Below, one piece after another: positions 50,692 to 60,401 of a stretch of DNA of 64,000 nt (positions are counted from its first letter, which is position 1; each line of letters starts with the position of its first letter). The position numbers and the translations under genes were made by a program. The stretch is from a virus. Taxonomy: Duplodnaviria; Caudoviricetes. The DNA lies in IMG/VR virus record IMGVR_UViG_3300031555_003590, positions 96,001 to 160,000 of that record. One strand, given 5' to 3'. Under the pieces are notes generated by a model. That model ran no database searches. It worked only from the letters and a program-made list of their open reading frames with translations, and had not been told where the DNA came from.

Positions 50692-51414
50692 ATGGATTAT
50701 CAATATAATCCATCTAAAACAACATATTTGAATCCTAATATTGAATATCTATTTGGTGAAGATATAATTGAATATGATGCTAAAGATGCAGGATTTAATA
50801 TTATAAAACAATATAAATTACTCCCTGATGATAAAATCAGGGAGTTGTCTATGTTGGGAAAAGGTATTGATCGTCATATTTCTATTGGTAAATTACAAAG
50901 AGATGATAAAGAATTCTCTAATAAATTATTAGAAAAATTTGCTGAAGTAAGATCAATATTTATCTCTACTAATAATCTTTCTAATGATAATATTATTAGT
51001 GTAAAGAAGGATGCAATTTTTACAATTGGATATTGTAAACGATTAAAATTTGGAACAATTGAATTTAGTGCTAAGAATCACTATACATCATATATTAGAT
51101 TTCCATATAACAATAATTTGGAGATATATTATTCTAATGATAATATGGATATTAAAGGTATGGGTGATAGTGCAATTAATAGACATCGATTATATATGTA
51201 TGAATTTATAAGATCTACTATACAAATGATTGAAAATAATAATCCTCAAGTAAAACGATTTATTATGAAATTTATTAATGATTATAAATCTCAAAATTTA
51301 GATGAGGAATATTATATTGAGTTCAATAATAAAAGTAGAGACTTAAATCCTATATACAATTATATGAATATTATAGTTCCATTGATACATGTAATTTTAA
51401 AGGAGTTGGAGTGA
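50692..51414 (+). CDS. Small DNA-polymerase-palm-like protein
   Basis: IIEYDAKDAGFNII and ISVKKDAIF resemble polymerase motifs A and C. Confidence 0.4.
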   Translation: MDYQYNPSKTTYLNPNIEYLFGEDIIEYDAKDAGFNIIKQYKLLPDDKIRELSMLGKGIDRHISIGKLQRDDKEFSNKLLEKFAEVRSIFISTNNLSNDNIISVKKDAIFTIGYCKRLKFGTIEFSAKNHYTSYIRFPYNNNLEIYYSNDNMDIKGMGDSAINRHRLYMYEFIRSTIQMIENNNPQVKRFIMKFINDYKSQNLDEEYYIEFNNKSRDLNPIYNYMNIIVPLIHVILKELE

Positions 51415-52082
51415 TGAGTAATGAAAAACTTTATATAATATATCGTGTATATAATAAAAAAGATAGGCCCGATAATGATGTCGGGCCTATCTTATATGGA
51501 TGGAGTAATAATAAAAATGTTGTTAAAGCATTTATGAATCAGCGTGATAAAAATAAATATTATGTTGAAAAAATGTCTGATGCAAATATAAATGAAATAA
51601 TGGAAGGATCTTATAATGATCTTGATGTCAATAATATGATTGATTATATTAAATTAAGATCATCTAAAACTCATGAAGAAATTTGTTTCTTTATGACTTC
51701 AAATGAAATGCAAGAGGTAGAGAAACGTATACAAAGATATTTTCGTGATTTATGTTCTATTAGTAATATTATTGGGAATGGAAAATATTTAGAAATGTAT
51801 ATGTATCTTGATAGATATTATATAGATGCATTAGAATTAATAGGATATAGACCTCCAGAAATTTCAGTAATATGTCAATCAGCTGATTATAGAGATGATC
51901 CTGGAGATATTGTTGGAATAACAATGTTAATTGAAGATGCATATTCTGGTGTAAATATATCTCCTAGTGAAATATTTGAACATCGAAACAAACTGCCAGG
52001 ATTATCAACATTATATGATATCTCAAGCAAGATATTATATTCTATAGAAAGTTTCATTAAAGTAATGATAGATGACTTATAA
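51411..52082 (+). CDS. Hypothetical protein (paralog of next gene)
   Basis: ILYGWSNNKNVVKAF..KYYVEK. Confidence 0.55.
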   Translation: MMSNEKLYIIYRVYNKKDRPDNDVGPILYGWSNNKNVVKAFMNQRDKNKYYVEKMSDANINEIMEGSYNDLDVNNMIDYIKLRSSKTHEEICFFMTSNEMQEVEKRIQRYFRDLCSISNIIGNGKYLEMYMYLDRYYIDALELIGYRPPEISVICQSADYRDDPGDIVGITMLIEDAYSGVNISPSEIFEHRNKLPGLSTLYDISSKILYSIESFIKVMIDDL

Positions 52083-52095
52083 AAGAGGTGATTAA

Positions 52096-52635
52096 ATGGC
52101 TAAATACCAAAATGGAGATATTGTAACATATCATTTTATTATTAAATCAATAAATGGTGATAAAATAATTCAAGGTTGGACAGATAATAAGGAAATTGCA
52201 AAATTCTATTTTGATTTTCATAAATCAAAATATTTTACAATAAAATCTATTACAGATACAATTGATAATATTTCAAAAATTTTAGAAGAAAATTGGAATG
52301 ATGAAATTAAGATATTCAATATTATTACAAAAAATCGTACTGGTAAACGTAAAGATGGTGAATATATTAATATTAGTATTCCAGCTACAGAAACAGAAAT
52401 GATGTTTATTAGGGAAGAATCAATATCATTCATGTCTTCTAGAATAAATTATGGATTAATAAATGAAGCAATTCCATATATGAAAAAGAAATATCAAGAT
52501 ATATTGAAATCAATATTCTTGCCAGATATAATTCTTAAAGTTGTATATTCTCGTAATTCAAAATTTGTTCAATCAATTCAATTTGATGATTTAATGATAT
52601 TATTTAGATCATTTCCAGAAAATTTTGGAGAATAA
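52096..52635 (+). CDS. Hypothetical protein (paralog of previous gene)
   Basis: IIQGWTDNKEIAKFY..KYFTIK. Confidence 0.55.
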   Translation: MAKYQNGDIVTYHFIIKSINGDKIIQGWTDNKEIAKFYFDFHKSKYFTIKSITDTIDNISKILEENWNDEIKIFNIITKNRTGKRKDGEYINISIPATETEMMFIREESISFMSSRINYGLINEAIPYMKKKYQDILKSIFLPDIILKVVYSRNSKFVQSIQFDDLMILFRSFPENFGE

Positions 52636-52650
52636 TAGGAGGCATGATAT

Positions 52651-52869
52651 ATGAATGATAATGAATATAAAATTCCATTGGAAAATGTTTTAGAAGATAT
52701 GTATAATAAATATAGTCCTACACAATTTCAATCAAGAAAATATTATTATGAATATTATGCTACTGATGAAGAACGTGTAGAAATGGATTTAGAAAATCTT
52801 ATTTCTACTATAGTTAATATAACTATCACAATTGCTATTATTGGTGGAATATTATTTATTTTAAAATAA
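52651..52869 (+). CDS. Small membrane protein
   Basis: C-terminal hydrophobic helix; AGGAGG RBS. Confidence 0.55.
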   Translation: MNDNEYKIPLENVLEDMYNKYSPTQFQSRKYYYEYYATDEERVEMDLENLISTIVNITITIAIIGGILFILK

Positions 52870-52951
52870 TTTATAACTATTTGAAGAATATCCTCAGAAT
52901 ATATTTATATATTCTATATAAGTAGTAATGAGGAAGGAGGTTTGATAAATA

Positions 52952-55732
52952 ATGCAAAAAGTTTTAAGGAGTCTGATACATGAAAAATTACCAGAAGAAT
53001 TAAGATTTCAATTGGAATTGTTATCTAGAAAAAGAAATCTTATTAATGATGAAAGAGTTGAAAAAATTCTTCAATTATTTAGAGATTTTAATATAGATAA
53101 TGTAATTCCACTTGGATTAGGTACAAATCGTTATGCAGTTAAAGTTGATGGTTATGTTATTAAAATTGCTACAGATAATGATGGTAAAATTGATAACTTT
53201 AAAGAATTTAAAATGTCAAAACGATTGTATCCATATGTAACTAAAACTTATGAAGTTTCTGAAAATGGAACGATTTTAGTAGCAGAATATGTTTCACCAT
53301 TCACATCATTTAGTGAGATGATGATGCATGCTAATGAGATTCGTGAAATTTTATCAAAATTATCATCAACATATTTGATTGGTGATGTTGGAATTACTGC
53401 TAAAAACTATGCAAACTGGGGACTAAGAACTGGAAATTCACAACCAGTATGTTTAGATTTTGCATATGTATATGAAGTAAGTTCAGAATTATTTGTTTGC
53501 CGTAAATGTGGTTCTATGTTAATTCCAGATAATGACTTTAAACGATTACATTGTTCCAATAATACATGTAAAAGTGAAGATGTTGAATTTGAATCTATTA
53601 GAGCAAAACTTGGTAATGATCTTCATAAACATGAAATTGGAGATCTTCGTGAAGAAGGATATTATCTAACTGAAAGTAATGTTACTACCGAGCTATCTGA
53701 GCAACGTAGTAATTACTTAGTAAATCAAAAAAAGAAAAAAGAAAGTATCAAGGAGGAAGACACAATGAGTAATAACATTGAAAACAACATGGCCATTGCA
53801 AGAAGCTTAAATGTTAGAAATCAATTTGATATTCCAACATTTATTGGCACTAGTAAGGTGGTAATTGATGATAAAAAAGAAGAGGTAATTGTTCTTAATG
53901 GAACTACTAAAGCAGTAGAATCTGTAAATGAAAAACTAGATGATGAAGATATCAATGATGTTGCATTTAGTTGTTCTATGGATGATGATATTCCAGCAAC
54001 TACTGGATATGCTTCAGTAGTTGAAGAATATTCTAAAGAACCTGATGATCATTTTATTATGAATGATGAACCTATTATTGTAGAAACTAAGGAAATTAAG
54101 AATGCTCCAATAAATGTAGCTGCCAAGAAAAATAAACCTAAAATCAATGATTGGTTTGTCAATAATATGTATAAAGCTTTCTCTAAGATTAGTAATAGAG
54201 TAAGTAATTATATGAAGAGTATTGATCATTATAATAATTATAATTATCTTCTCAAAAGTAAAATGGAGGAATATAAATACTACAAGTGTATTGAAAGTGC
54301 TGTATTCAGATCTTTGACAAATTTCTGCAACTTTACTTATATTATTGCTCCTAGAGATAATGGAGAAGGAGATCGTAAAATCTTTACTCCTCCTACTGAA
54401 ATTAATGGCACTAATTATGAACCTACTCTAATCTTTATGTCTAGAGTATGGTGTGATCGTGATGTATATACAGCTGGAGATAATCTTGTGATGTCTTCAT
54501 ATCGTTCGAAATATTCTGATTATCAAGGTTTCCAAGTTGAATGGATTGATAGTTTCAAAAAGCGTATTACTGGAAAAACTAATATGCCTAAGAAACTTAT
54601 TGATATCATTGCAGATGATATTCAGAAAGAATGGTGTGTTCCATATTTTGAATCTTTAGATGATGATAATGAAGAAGATATCGAAGCTACCATTATGTTC
54701 CCTACAGATGTTGTAGATGAAGATGATGATAGTGAGGATGTTGCATTCAGCGGTAGCACAGGTGTTGATATTGTTCAAGGTTATGTAAATGATGAATATG
54801 ATGATGAGGATGAAGACAATGAATCCGATAACATTAGTGTTTGTATTTATCATCATGAATCTATGGATGTAGTTCGTATCAATAGTACTAGTATATTTGG
54901 AAATATTAATATTCCACTCTACTGCGTTCTTGATGATATCGATTCTACTACAATTGGTGAATCAATGATTGACGACCGCAATGGTATTTGGGATTGGCTT
55001 ATTCATATGACTCCTGATGTAGTATTTACTACAAATAATCCTGACAGATGGATTGCTATTAATGATTCTGATGATTATGTAAATATTCCTCGTGTTGCAA
55101 TTCTTGATGAAACTGATGATGTATATACTATTGGTGTTTATAGCATTGATGGAATCTTCGATATTGCTTCTGAAGATGATTTTACTCTTGTTACTGATAT
55201 CAATATGTTGAAGAAAATTAATCGACTCATTAATAATGAAATTGGTTATTCTTGTATTAGTCATCTTAAAGTTTCTATTGGATTGGAGGATCTTATCATG
55301 ACTGAAGAAGAAGTTATGGAGACTCTTAATATGGAATTTCCTGATGAAGATGAATCTGAAGAAGTAGATGAATCTACTAATATCAGCTCTGAAGAGGCAC
55401 CAGTTGAGGATGATTCAACTGAAGAAGTCATTGATAGCAAAACTAGTGCCGCTGAACAAGCTGCTATAGATGCTATGATGGCTGATGAAAGTGATGAATC
55501 TTCTTATGAGTCAGCTTCTGAGGAGGTAGCTGACGAAGATTACTTTCGACAGGAAGATGAGGAAGAAACAGAAGGATCAGAAGAAGCAGAGGTCAGAACA
55601 GAGACGTCGGAAGCAGATGCAGAGGGAAATAGACATGTATATGAGGTAACTAATAATTCTAGTGAAAGTTTACCTGATTCTGAGATAACTATTCCCGCTA
55701 CATTTAAACCAATTCGTCGTTTTAACAGTTAA
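52952..55732 (+). CDS. Protein-kinase-like domain plus zinc ribbon and long acidic region
   Basis: LGLGTNR, VIKIA, E helix, LVAEYV, GDV...NWG, CLDFAY; CRKC..C..C. Confidence 0.7.
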   Translation: MQKVLRSLIHEKLPEELRFQLELLSRKRNLINDERVEKILQLFRDFNIDNVIPLGLGTNRYAVKVDGYVIKIATDNDGKIDNFKEFKMSKRLYPYVTKTYEVSENGTILVAEYVSPFTSFSEMMMHANEIREILSKLSSTYLIGDVGITAKNYANWGLRTGNSQPVCLDFAYVYEVSSELFVCRKCGSMLIPDNDFKRLHCSNNTCKSEDVEFESIRAKLGNDLHKHEIGDLREEGYYLTESNVTTELSEQRSNYLVNQKKKKESIKEEDTMSNNIENNMAIARSLNVRNQFDIPTFIGTSKVVIDDKKEEVIVLNGTTKAVESVNEKLDDEDINDVAFSCSMDDDIPATTGYASVVEEYSKEPDDHFIMNDEPIIVETKEIKNAPINVAAKKNKPKINDWFVNNMYKAFSKISNRVSNYMKSIDHYNNYNYLLKSKMEEYKYYKCIESAVFRSLTNFCNFTYIIAPRDNGEGDRKIFTPPTEINGTNYEPTLIFMSRVWCDRDVYTAGDNLVMSSYRSKYSDYQGFQVEWIDSFKKRITGKTNMPKKLIDIIADDIQKEWCVPYFESLDDDNEEDIEATIMFPTDVVDEDDDSEDVAFSGSTGVDIVQGYVNDEYDDEDEDNESDNISVCIYHHESMDVVRINSTSIFGNINIPLYCVLDDIDSTTIGESMIDDRNGIWDWLIHMTPDVVFTTNNPDRWIAINDSDDYVNIPRVAILDETDDVYTIGVYSIDGIFDIASEDDFTLVTDINMLKKINRLINNEIGYSCISHLKVSIGLEDLIMTEEEVMETLNMEFPDEDESEEVDESTNISSEEAPVEDDSTEEVIDSKTSAAEQAAIDAMMADESDESSYESASEEVADEDYFRQEDEEETEGSEEAEVRTETSEADAEGNRHVYEVTNNSSESLPDSEITIPATFKPIRRFNS

Positions 55733-55800
55733 AAATTTATGAAGGATATACATGGGGTATTAAATACCCCATGTATATTTTTTAATACAGAGGTGAAAGT

Positions 55801-56490
55801 ATGATATATAGAATAGATATACAACATTATTTATCACATGCAATTGATCATTTTACTCCTGAAGATTTATCACATTTTCAATATGCTATAATTAGTGCAG
55901 TTATTAGAAATGGAGGAAGAGTATTAAATGTAGTTAAAATAAATGATTTATATCCTCTTCCTGAAATAGTTACAGAATATGCTGAGCATCAAGATAAAAC
56001 CATAATGGAAAAAATGTATATGGATTATCTTAGACCTAAAAAAGATTCTGATCCAAATAGTAAAAATATAATGGCAAATATATTCTATAAATCATTTATA
56101 AATCCATTGATTAATCATGTTAATATAATGATATTATGTGATAGAAAAGAAAATGAATATATTGATGTGATTTGTAAAGTTTTAAAAAAAGAATATATGA
56201 TAGATGTAATTGATTTAAATAAATTATTTAGTGAAGGAAAAGTTGGACCAATTTATATAGATAGAAATGAAATTTGGGATAAAGCTGTCGATATAAGAAG
56301 AGCCGCTGGAGCAGATGAAATTAGAGCATTAGAATCAACTAGTGGAGGTAGGTTAAAGTTATTAGGAATGATGAAGAAAAAAGATAAGATTAAAAAAATA
56401 AAAGAACTTGGTATCAATATTACTAGTTATGATAAAGAAGATCTTGATTCTATATTAAGAGATGCATGGGTAAATGATGAAGAAGATTAA
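55801..56490 (+). CDS. Hypothetical protein
   Basis: 229 aa; GAGGTG RBS. Confidence 0.55.
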   Translation: MIYRIDIQHYLSHAIDHFTPEDLSHFQYAIISAVIRNGGRVLNVVKINDLYPLPEIVTEYAEHQDKTIMEKMYMDYLRPKKDSDPNSKNIMANIFYKSFINPLINHVNIMILCDRKENEYIDVICKVLKKEYMIDVIDLNKLFSEGKVGPIYIDRNEIWDKAVDIRRAAGADEIRALESTSGGRLKLLGMMKKKDKIKKIKELGINITSYDKEDLDSILRDAWVNDEED

Positions 56491-56615
56491 TAATTAAAAA
56501 TATTAAAATAAGAAAGTAAATTGATTTACTTTCTTTTTAGTGTTTTTATCAGAAACAGAAGCTTAAATATCTATATTAGTGTATAAAATTATTTTTTATA
56601 AAGGAGAGATCAATT

Positions 56616-58286
56616 ATGAGTTTTGAAATTAAAAATGATAACATTGATAATGATGTATTTCAAGAAGGTATTATTGGTGATTCTTTAAAGAGTACAGCAA
56701 AAGCTATTGCTGATGTTGATGTTGATGAAATTAAATCTGGTTGGGATGGTAGTGAAGATAAAGATTCTGCTACATTGAGTGACAAAGTTAAAGATATTGA
56801 TGAAAAGGGTATTAAAAAAGCTGAAGGTTCATTAAAGAATATTAGTGATACTCTTGGCAGACGCACTGTTGATACTCGCTCTATTATTGCTCGTGCAAGA
56901 AATTCAGTCTTACAGTTTCCTATTTATATTACTCAGACAATGAGAGTTAATGAGGCCCAAATAATTGCTAAACTATTTGAACGTGTATATACTACACTAG
57001 TTCAAACAGTTCTTTCTCAAAATCAAATTATTAATGAAGATGAAGCTAATAATTTAGTTTTTCTTAAGAGATTTCATAGTAACTTAAAGGAAGCTGCTGA
57101 TGTTTTTATCAATGAATATTATAAACCCATTGATGAAATTGATCAGATGATGTATGATAGTGTTTTTTATACTCAGAAATTAACTGAAAATTGTACTGTC
57201 TCATTTAGTGTAATTCCTTGTACTGATCAAGATTTAATTCTTGAAAATGCTCGTTTAATGAATGAGCCTTTAACTGGGTTTATTTATTTAAAAGAAGCAA
57301 ATGAAACTACTACTAAAACTTCATCTAAAGATACAACCCTATCTGATTCTGATTTAGAAGATCTTGCGGCTGAACGTTCTAAACTTTCTGCTGAAGAAAA
57401 ACGTAAAGCTAGAAGTAAAGATAATAATGATGATGAATCTCGTAAAAAACTAGATAATGCAGTAGATGAAGTTAAGAAAGATATTAAAGATGGCAAGTTA
57501 AAGAATTATGCTTATAAAAACGGAAGATATGTTCGTACTGATAATACTAAAGAAACTACTACTAAAAAAGAAGTTAATACTAAAGCAGTTGATACTCCAG
57601 TATTATTACGTGAAGGTGAAATTAAAAAAATTAATGCAATGCTACCATATACCATGGAAGTCAGTTTTCGTATGAGAACTGCTAAGGGTGATATGCATGA
57701 TGTAAAATATATTATTGGTGTTAAGAGTGTATTACATCTTATTCGTACTAGTGATCTAGTAGAAGATCTTCAGGAATTGGTAACTGGTAATATTAAATCT
57801 CTACAAAAAGTTCGTTATAAAACTGGAGAAATTAGTTTTGCAGATTATTTTCTTAATCTTAAAGGTCTTAAAGCTGATGCTGCTAAACATGTTAATTATA
57901 ATAAGAGGTGGATTAATACTCTTAAACGTTTAGCTGATTATAAGAAAATGAATGGCTCTTTAATGAAGGGGTCTGTTGAAGCTCTCAATAAAGGTCAAGT
58001 TCCAATTCCTAATGGTACTTTAATTCTTGCTCAAACTGATGTTGCTATGTTAACTAATCAAACTGGAATCGATCTTAGTAAAGTTTCTAATGCTAAACGT
58101 TTAGCTAGAAATTTATTCCTAATTGGTATTGTAATTGTTGATTCTTCTGCTGGTACTATGAGAGTATTATTCCCAGATTCTGATTCTGATTGGGATGTTC
58201 AATCTCTATCTTCTATTGATGCAGAATTATCTAAAACTGAAAATAGCCAATTGATGAAAGAATTAAATCGTCTGGTAAATAAATAA
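56616..58286 (+). CDS. Putative head/virion structural protein
   Basis: In an operon with the prohead protease; acidic N-terminus with VFQEG. Confidence 0.5.
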   Translation: MSFEIKNDNIDNDVFQEGIIGDSLKSTAKAIADVDVDEIKSGWDGSEDKDSATLSDKVKDIDEKGIKKAEGSLKNISDTLGRRTVDTRSIIARARNSVLQFPIYITQTMRVNEAQIIAKLFERVYTTLVQTVLSQNQIINEDEANNLVFLKRFHSNLKEAADVFINEYYKPIDEIDQMMYDSVFYTQKLTENCTVSFSVIPCTDQDLILENARLMNEPLTGFIYLKEANETTTKTSSKDTTLSDSDLEDLAAERSKLSAEEKRKARSKDNNDDESRKKLDNAVDEVKKDIKDGKLKNYAYKNGRYVRTDNTKETTTKKEVNTKAVDTPVLLREGEIKKINAMLPYTMEVSFRMRTAKGDMHDVKYIIGVKSVLHLIRTSDLVEDLQELVTGNIKSLQKVRYKTGEISFADYFLNLKGLKADAAKHVNYNKRWINTLKRLADYKKMNGSLMKGSVEALNKGQVPIPNGTLILAQTDVAMLTNQTGIDLSKVSNAKRLARNLFLIGIVIVDSSAGTMRVLFPDSDSDWDVQSLSSIDAELSKTENSQLMKELNRLVNK

Positions 58287-58302
58287 TAAGGAGGGATAAA
58301 TT

Positions 58303-59445
58303 ATGAATAAATATATGATTAGTAATGATTTTTTAGAAATTATTACTGATACTACTAATAAACTACATCCTGCTTATATGGAAGCATCTAAAAATCTTGA
58401 TTCTTCTAATGATAAAGCTTTAGGATATATTAAGAATTTTATTACAAGTATTGAAAATATAGCTAATAAAGAAAAGGTTAAAGATTCTCGTATTACCGAT
58501 TCTCGTGGTAATATTAAAAAATTTTCTGCATATGAAGATATTAAAACCATTCTTGATTTCTTAAAAAAGAATCTTAGTGGAGTTTCAGTTGTTAATGATT
58601 TATCTACTATTCTAACCATTCTTGAATCTAATCAACCTCTTTATACTGAAGCTTATGAAAAAAATATTCGTTTAGTAGTATTAGAATATGAAAGTGCAGT
58701 TGATCTTCTTGTAACAGGTATTACCTTAACTATGGCAGAATGTATTGATGTTGTTCAAACTGGCACTTCTGTTAAAATTGAAAAGAAGAAAGGTGCTAAT
58801 GGTGGAGTTATTCATAAAACTATTAGTGATATGGCTACTCAAATGAGAGCTAAAAATCATAAAAAATATCTTGAAGAAATGATCGAATCTAAAAAACATA
58901 CTAAAATTGATACTAGTATCAAAGAATCTGTTACATTTATTGAATCTGCAGTTGCAGATAGTCTTGAATTAATTGATTTAATGTTAACTAGTGTTGGTAA
59001 GATCGGTCATTATACAATGAATATAATTCGTACTATTAAAAATTCTTTGTTTGGTATTCTTCCTTTAATTCGTTCTTGTTTGTATATTCGTTATAAAAAG
59101 AAAGCTGATACCATTTTAGCGCTTGAACAACAAGCTGAATTTGTTTCTCAAAATATTGAACGTCTACAAAATCGTACTAATATGGATGAGAAAGAAAAAG
59201 CTAGAATTATTAAAAAACAACAAGCAAATGTAGAAGCTTATAAAAAGAAAGCTGCTAAGTTACGTGCAGAACTAATTGATTGTGAAAAACAAGCTTCTGA
59301 TGCTATCAAAAAAGAAAATCCTAGTATGAAAAATACCGATGATGATTTTATATTAGAAAAAACAGGATTTAAAGCTTCTGATGATGAAGATAATATGGAC
59401 GAAACTGAAGAAGATGAGAAAGAATCTAAAGATAAGGAGGAGTAA
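58303..59445 (+). CDS. Putative head/virion structural protein
   Basis: In an operon with the prohead protease; YMEA, FIESA, FILEK motifs. Confidence 0.5.
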   Translation: MNKYMISNDFLEIITDTTNKLHPAYMEASKNLDSSNDKALGYIKNFITSIENIANKEKVKDSRITDSRGNIKKFSAYEDIKTILDFLKKNLSGVSVVNDLSTILTILESNQPLYTEAYEKNIRLVVLEYESAVDLLVTGITLTMAECIDVVQTGTSVKIEKKKGANGGVIHKTISDMATQMRAKNHKKYLEEMIESKKHTKIDTSIKESVTFIESAVADSLELIDLMLTSVGKIGHYTMNIIRTIKNSLFGILPLIRSCLYIRYKKKADTILALEQQAEFVSQNIERLQNRTNMDEKEKARIIKKQQANVEAYKKKAAKLRAELIDCEKQASDAIKKENPSMKNTDDDFILEKTGFKASDDEDNMDETEEDEKESKDKEE

Positions 59446-59447
59446 TT

Positions 59448-60308
59448 ATGTCAACTCCAAATCTTGATACATTTTGTTATATCAGAGAACAATCTTCTTA
59501 CCCAGAAGATTATGGCAATAATTTTGGATATCAAGTCCATGATAAAGGTAATCGATTTTATGTAACATTTGATGCTGTACTTCAATCATTTGATGTTATG
59601 AATCGTAATCGTCGTATGTATGAAGCTGCTAATATTATGGATAAAATTAATAATGATGATTATATCCAAAGTATGTTACGACAGAATTCTTGGATGGGTG
59701 AAATTGATCATCCTGCTCCTATTCATGAAGGTGAACAATTGACTCTAAATCGTATTTCTAATCCTGATATGAAACTTACTTCACATTATATTCGTAAACC
59801 TAGACTGAATGGTAATTTATTAGAAGCTAAAATTCAAACTGATTCTTCTAATAAACATGGAATGAATATGGCTATTAAGATTGTTGATGGTAAAATCATT
59901 CCTTGCTTTAGTGCTCGTGTATTAGGTGCATTACAGAATAAGATGGGTAGACCTGTGGTAAATGTAAGGAAGCTAATAACTTATGATTGGGTTCTATATC
60001 CTAGTCATAGAGAAGCTGAAGCAAAGATTACTCAGCCTATTCAGGAATCTGTTAATGAAGCTGCTAAATATGCAAATGCAACTGTCATATTCTTTCCTGA
60101 GCTAGCACAAATGGTTGTAGCTAATTCTAAAGAAGCTAACTGGTTATGCGAATCATTTGGTTTATCAATGAATGATATTGTTGGTGTAACTTCCACTGGT
60201 AATTCAGTTGTATTAACTGAAAAAGATAATGTTTACATTCAACCCATTAATGATGAAAGTATTCGTAATCGTACTAAGAACATGTTAAAAGACTGGATGA
60301 ATCAATAA
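59448..60308 (+). CDS. Prohead core protease (T4 gp21-like)
   Basis: NRNRRMY, GEIDHP, FSARVLG, ITYDWVLYPSH. Confidence 0.85.
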   Translation: MSTPNLDTFCYIREQSSYPEDYGNNFGYQVHDKGNRFYVTFDAVLQSFDVMNRNRRMYEAANIMDKINNDDYIQSMLRQNSWMGEIDHPAPIHEGEQLTLNRISNPDMKLTSHYIRKPRLNGNLLEAKIQTDSSNKHGMNMAIKIVDGKIIPCFSARVLGALQNKMGRPVVNVRKLITYDWVLYPSHREAEAKITQPIQESVNEAAKYANATVIFFPELAQMVVANSKEANWLCESFGLSMNDIVGVTSTGNSVVLTEKDNVYIQPINDESIRNRTKNMLKDWMNQ

Positions 60309-60401
60309 AATAATAAAATATAAAGAGAGGGGTTTAACCCCTCTCTTTAATTATATATTATATTTAAAAATATAATATATTATAGGAGGTATACATATAA
60401 T

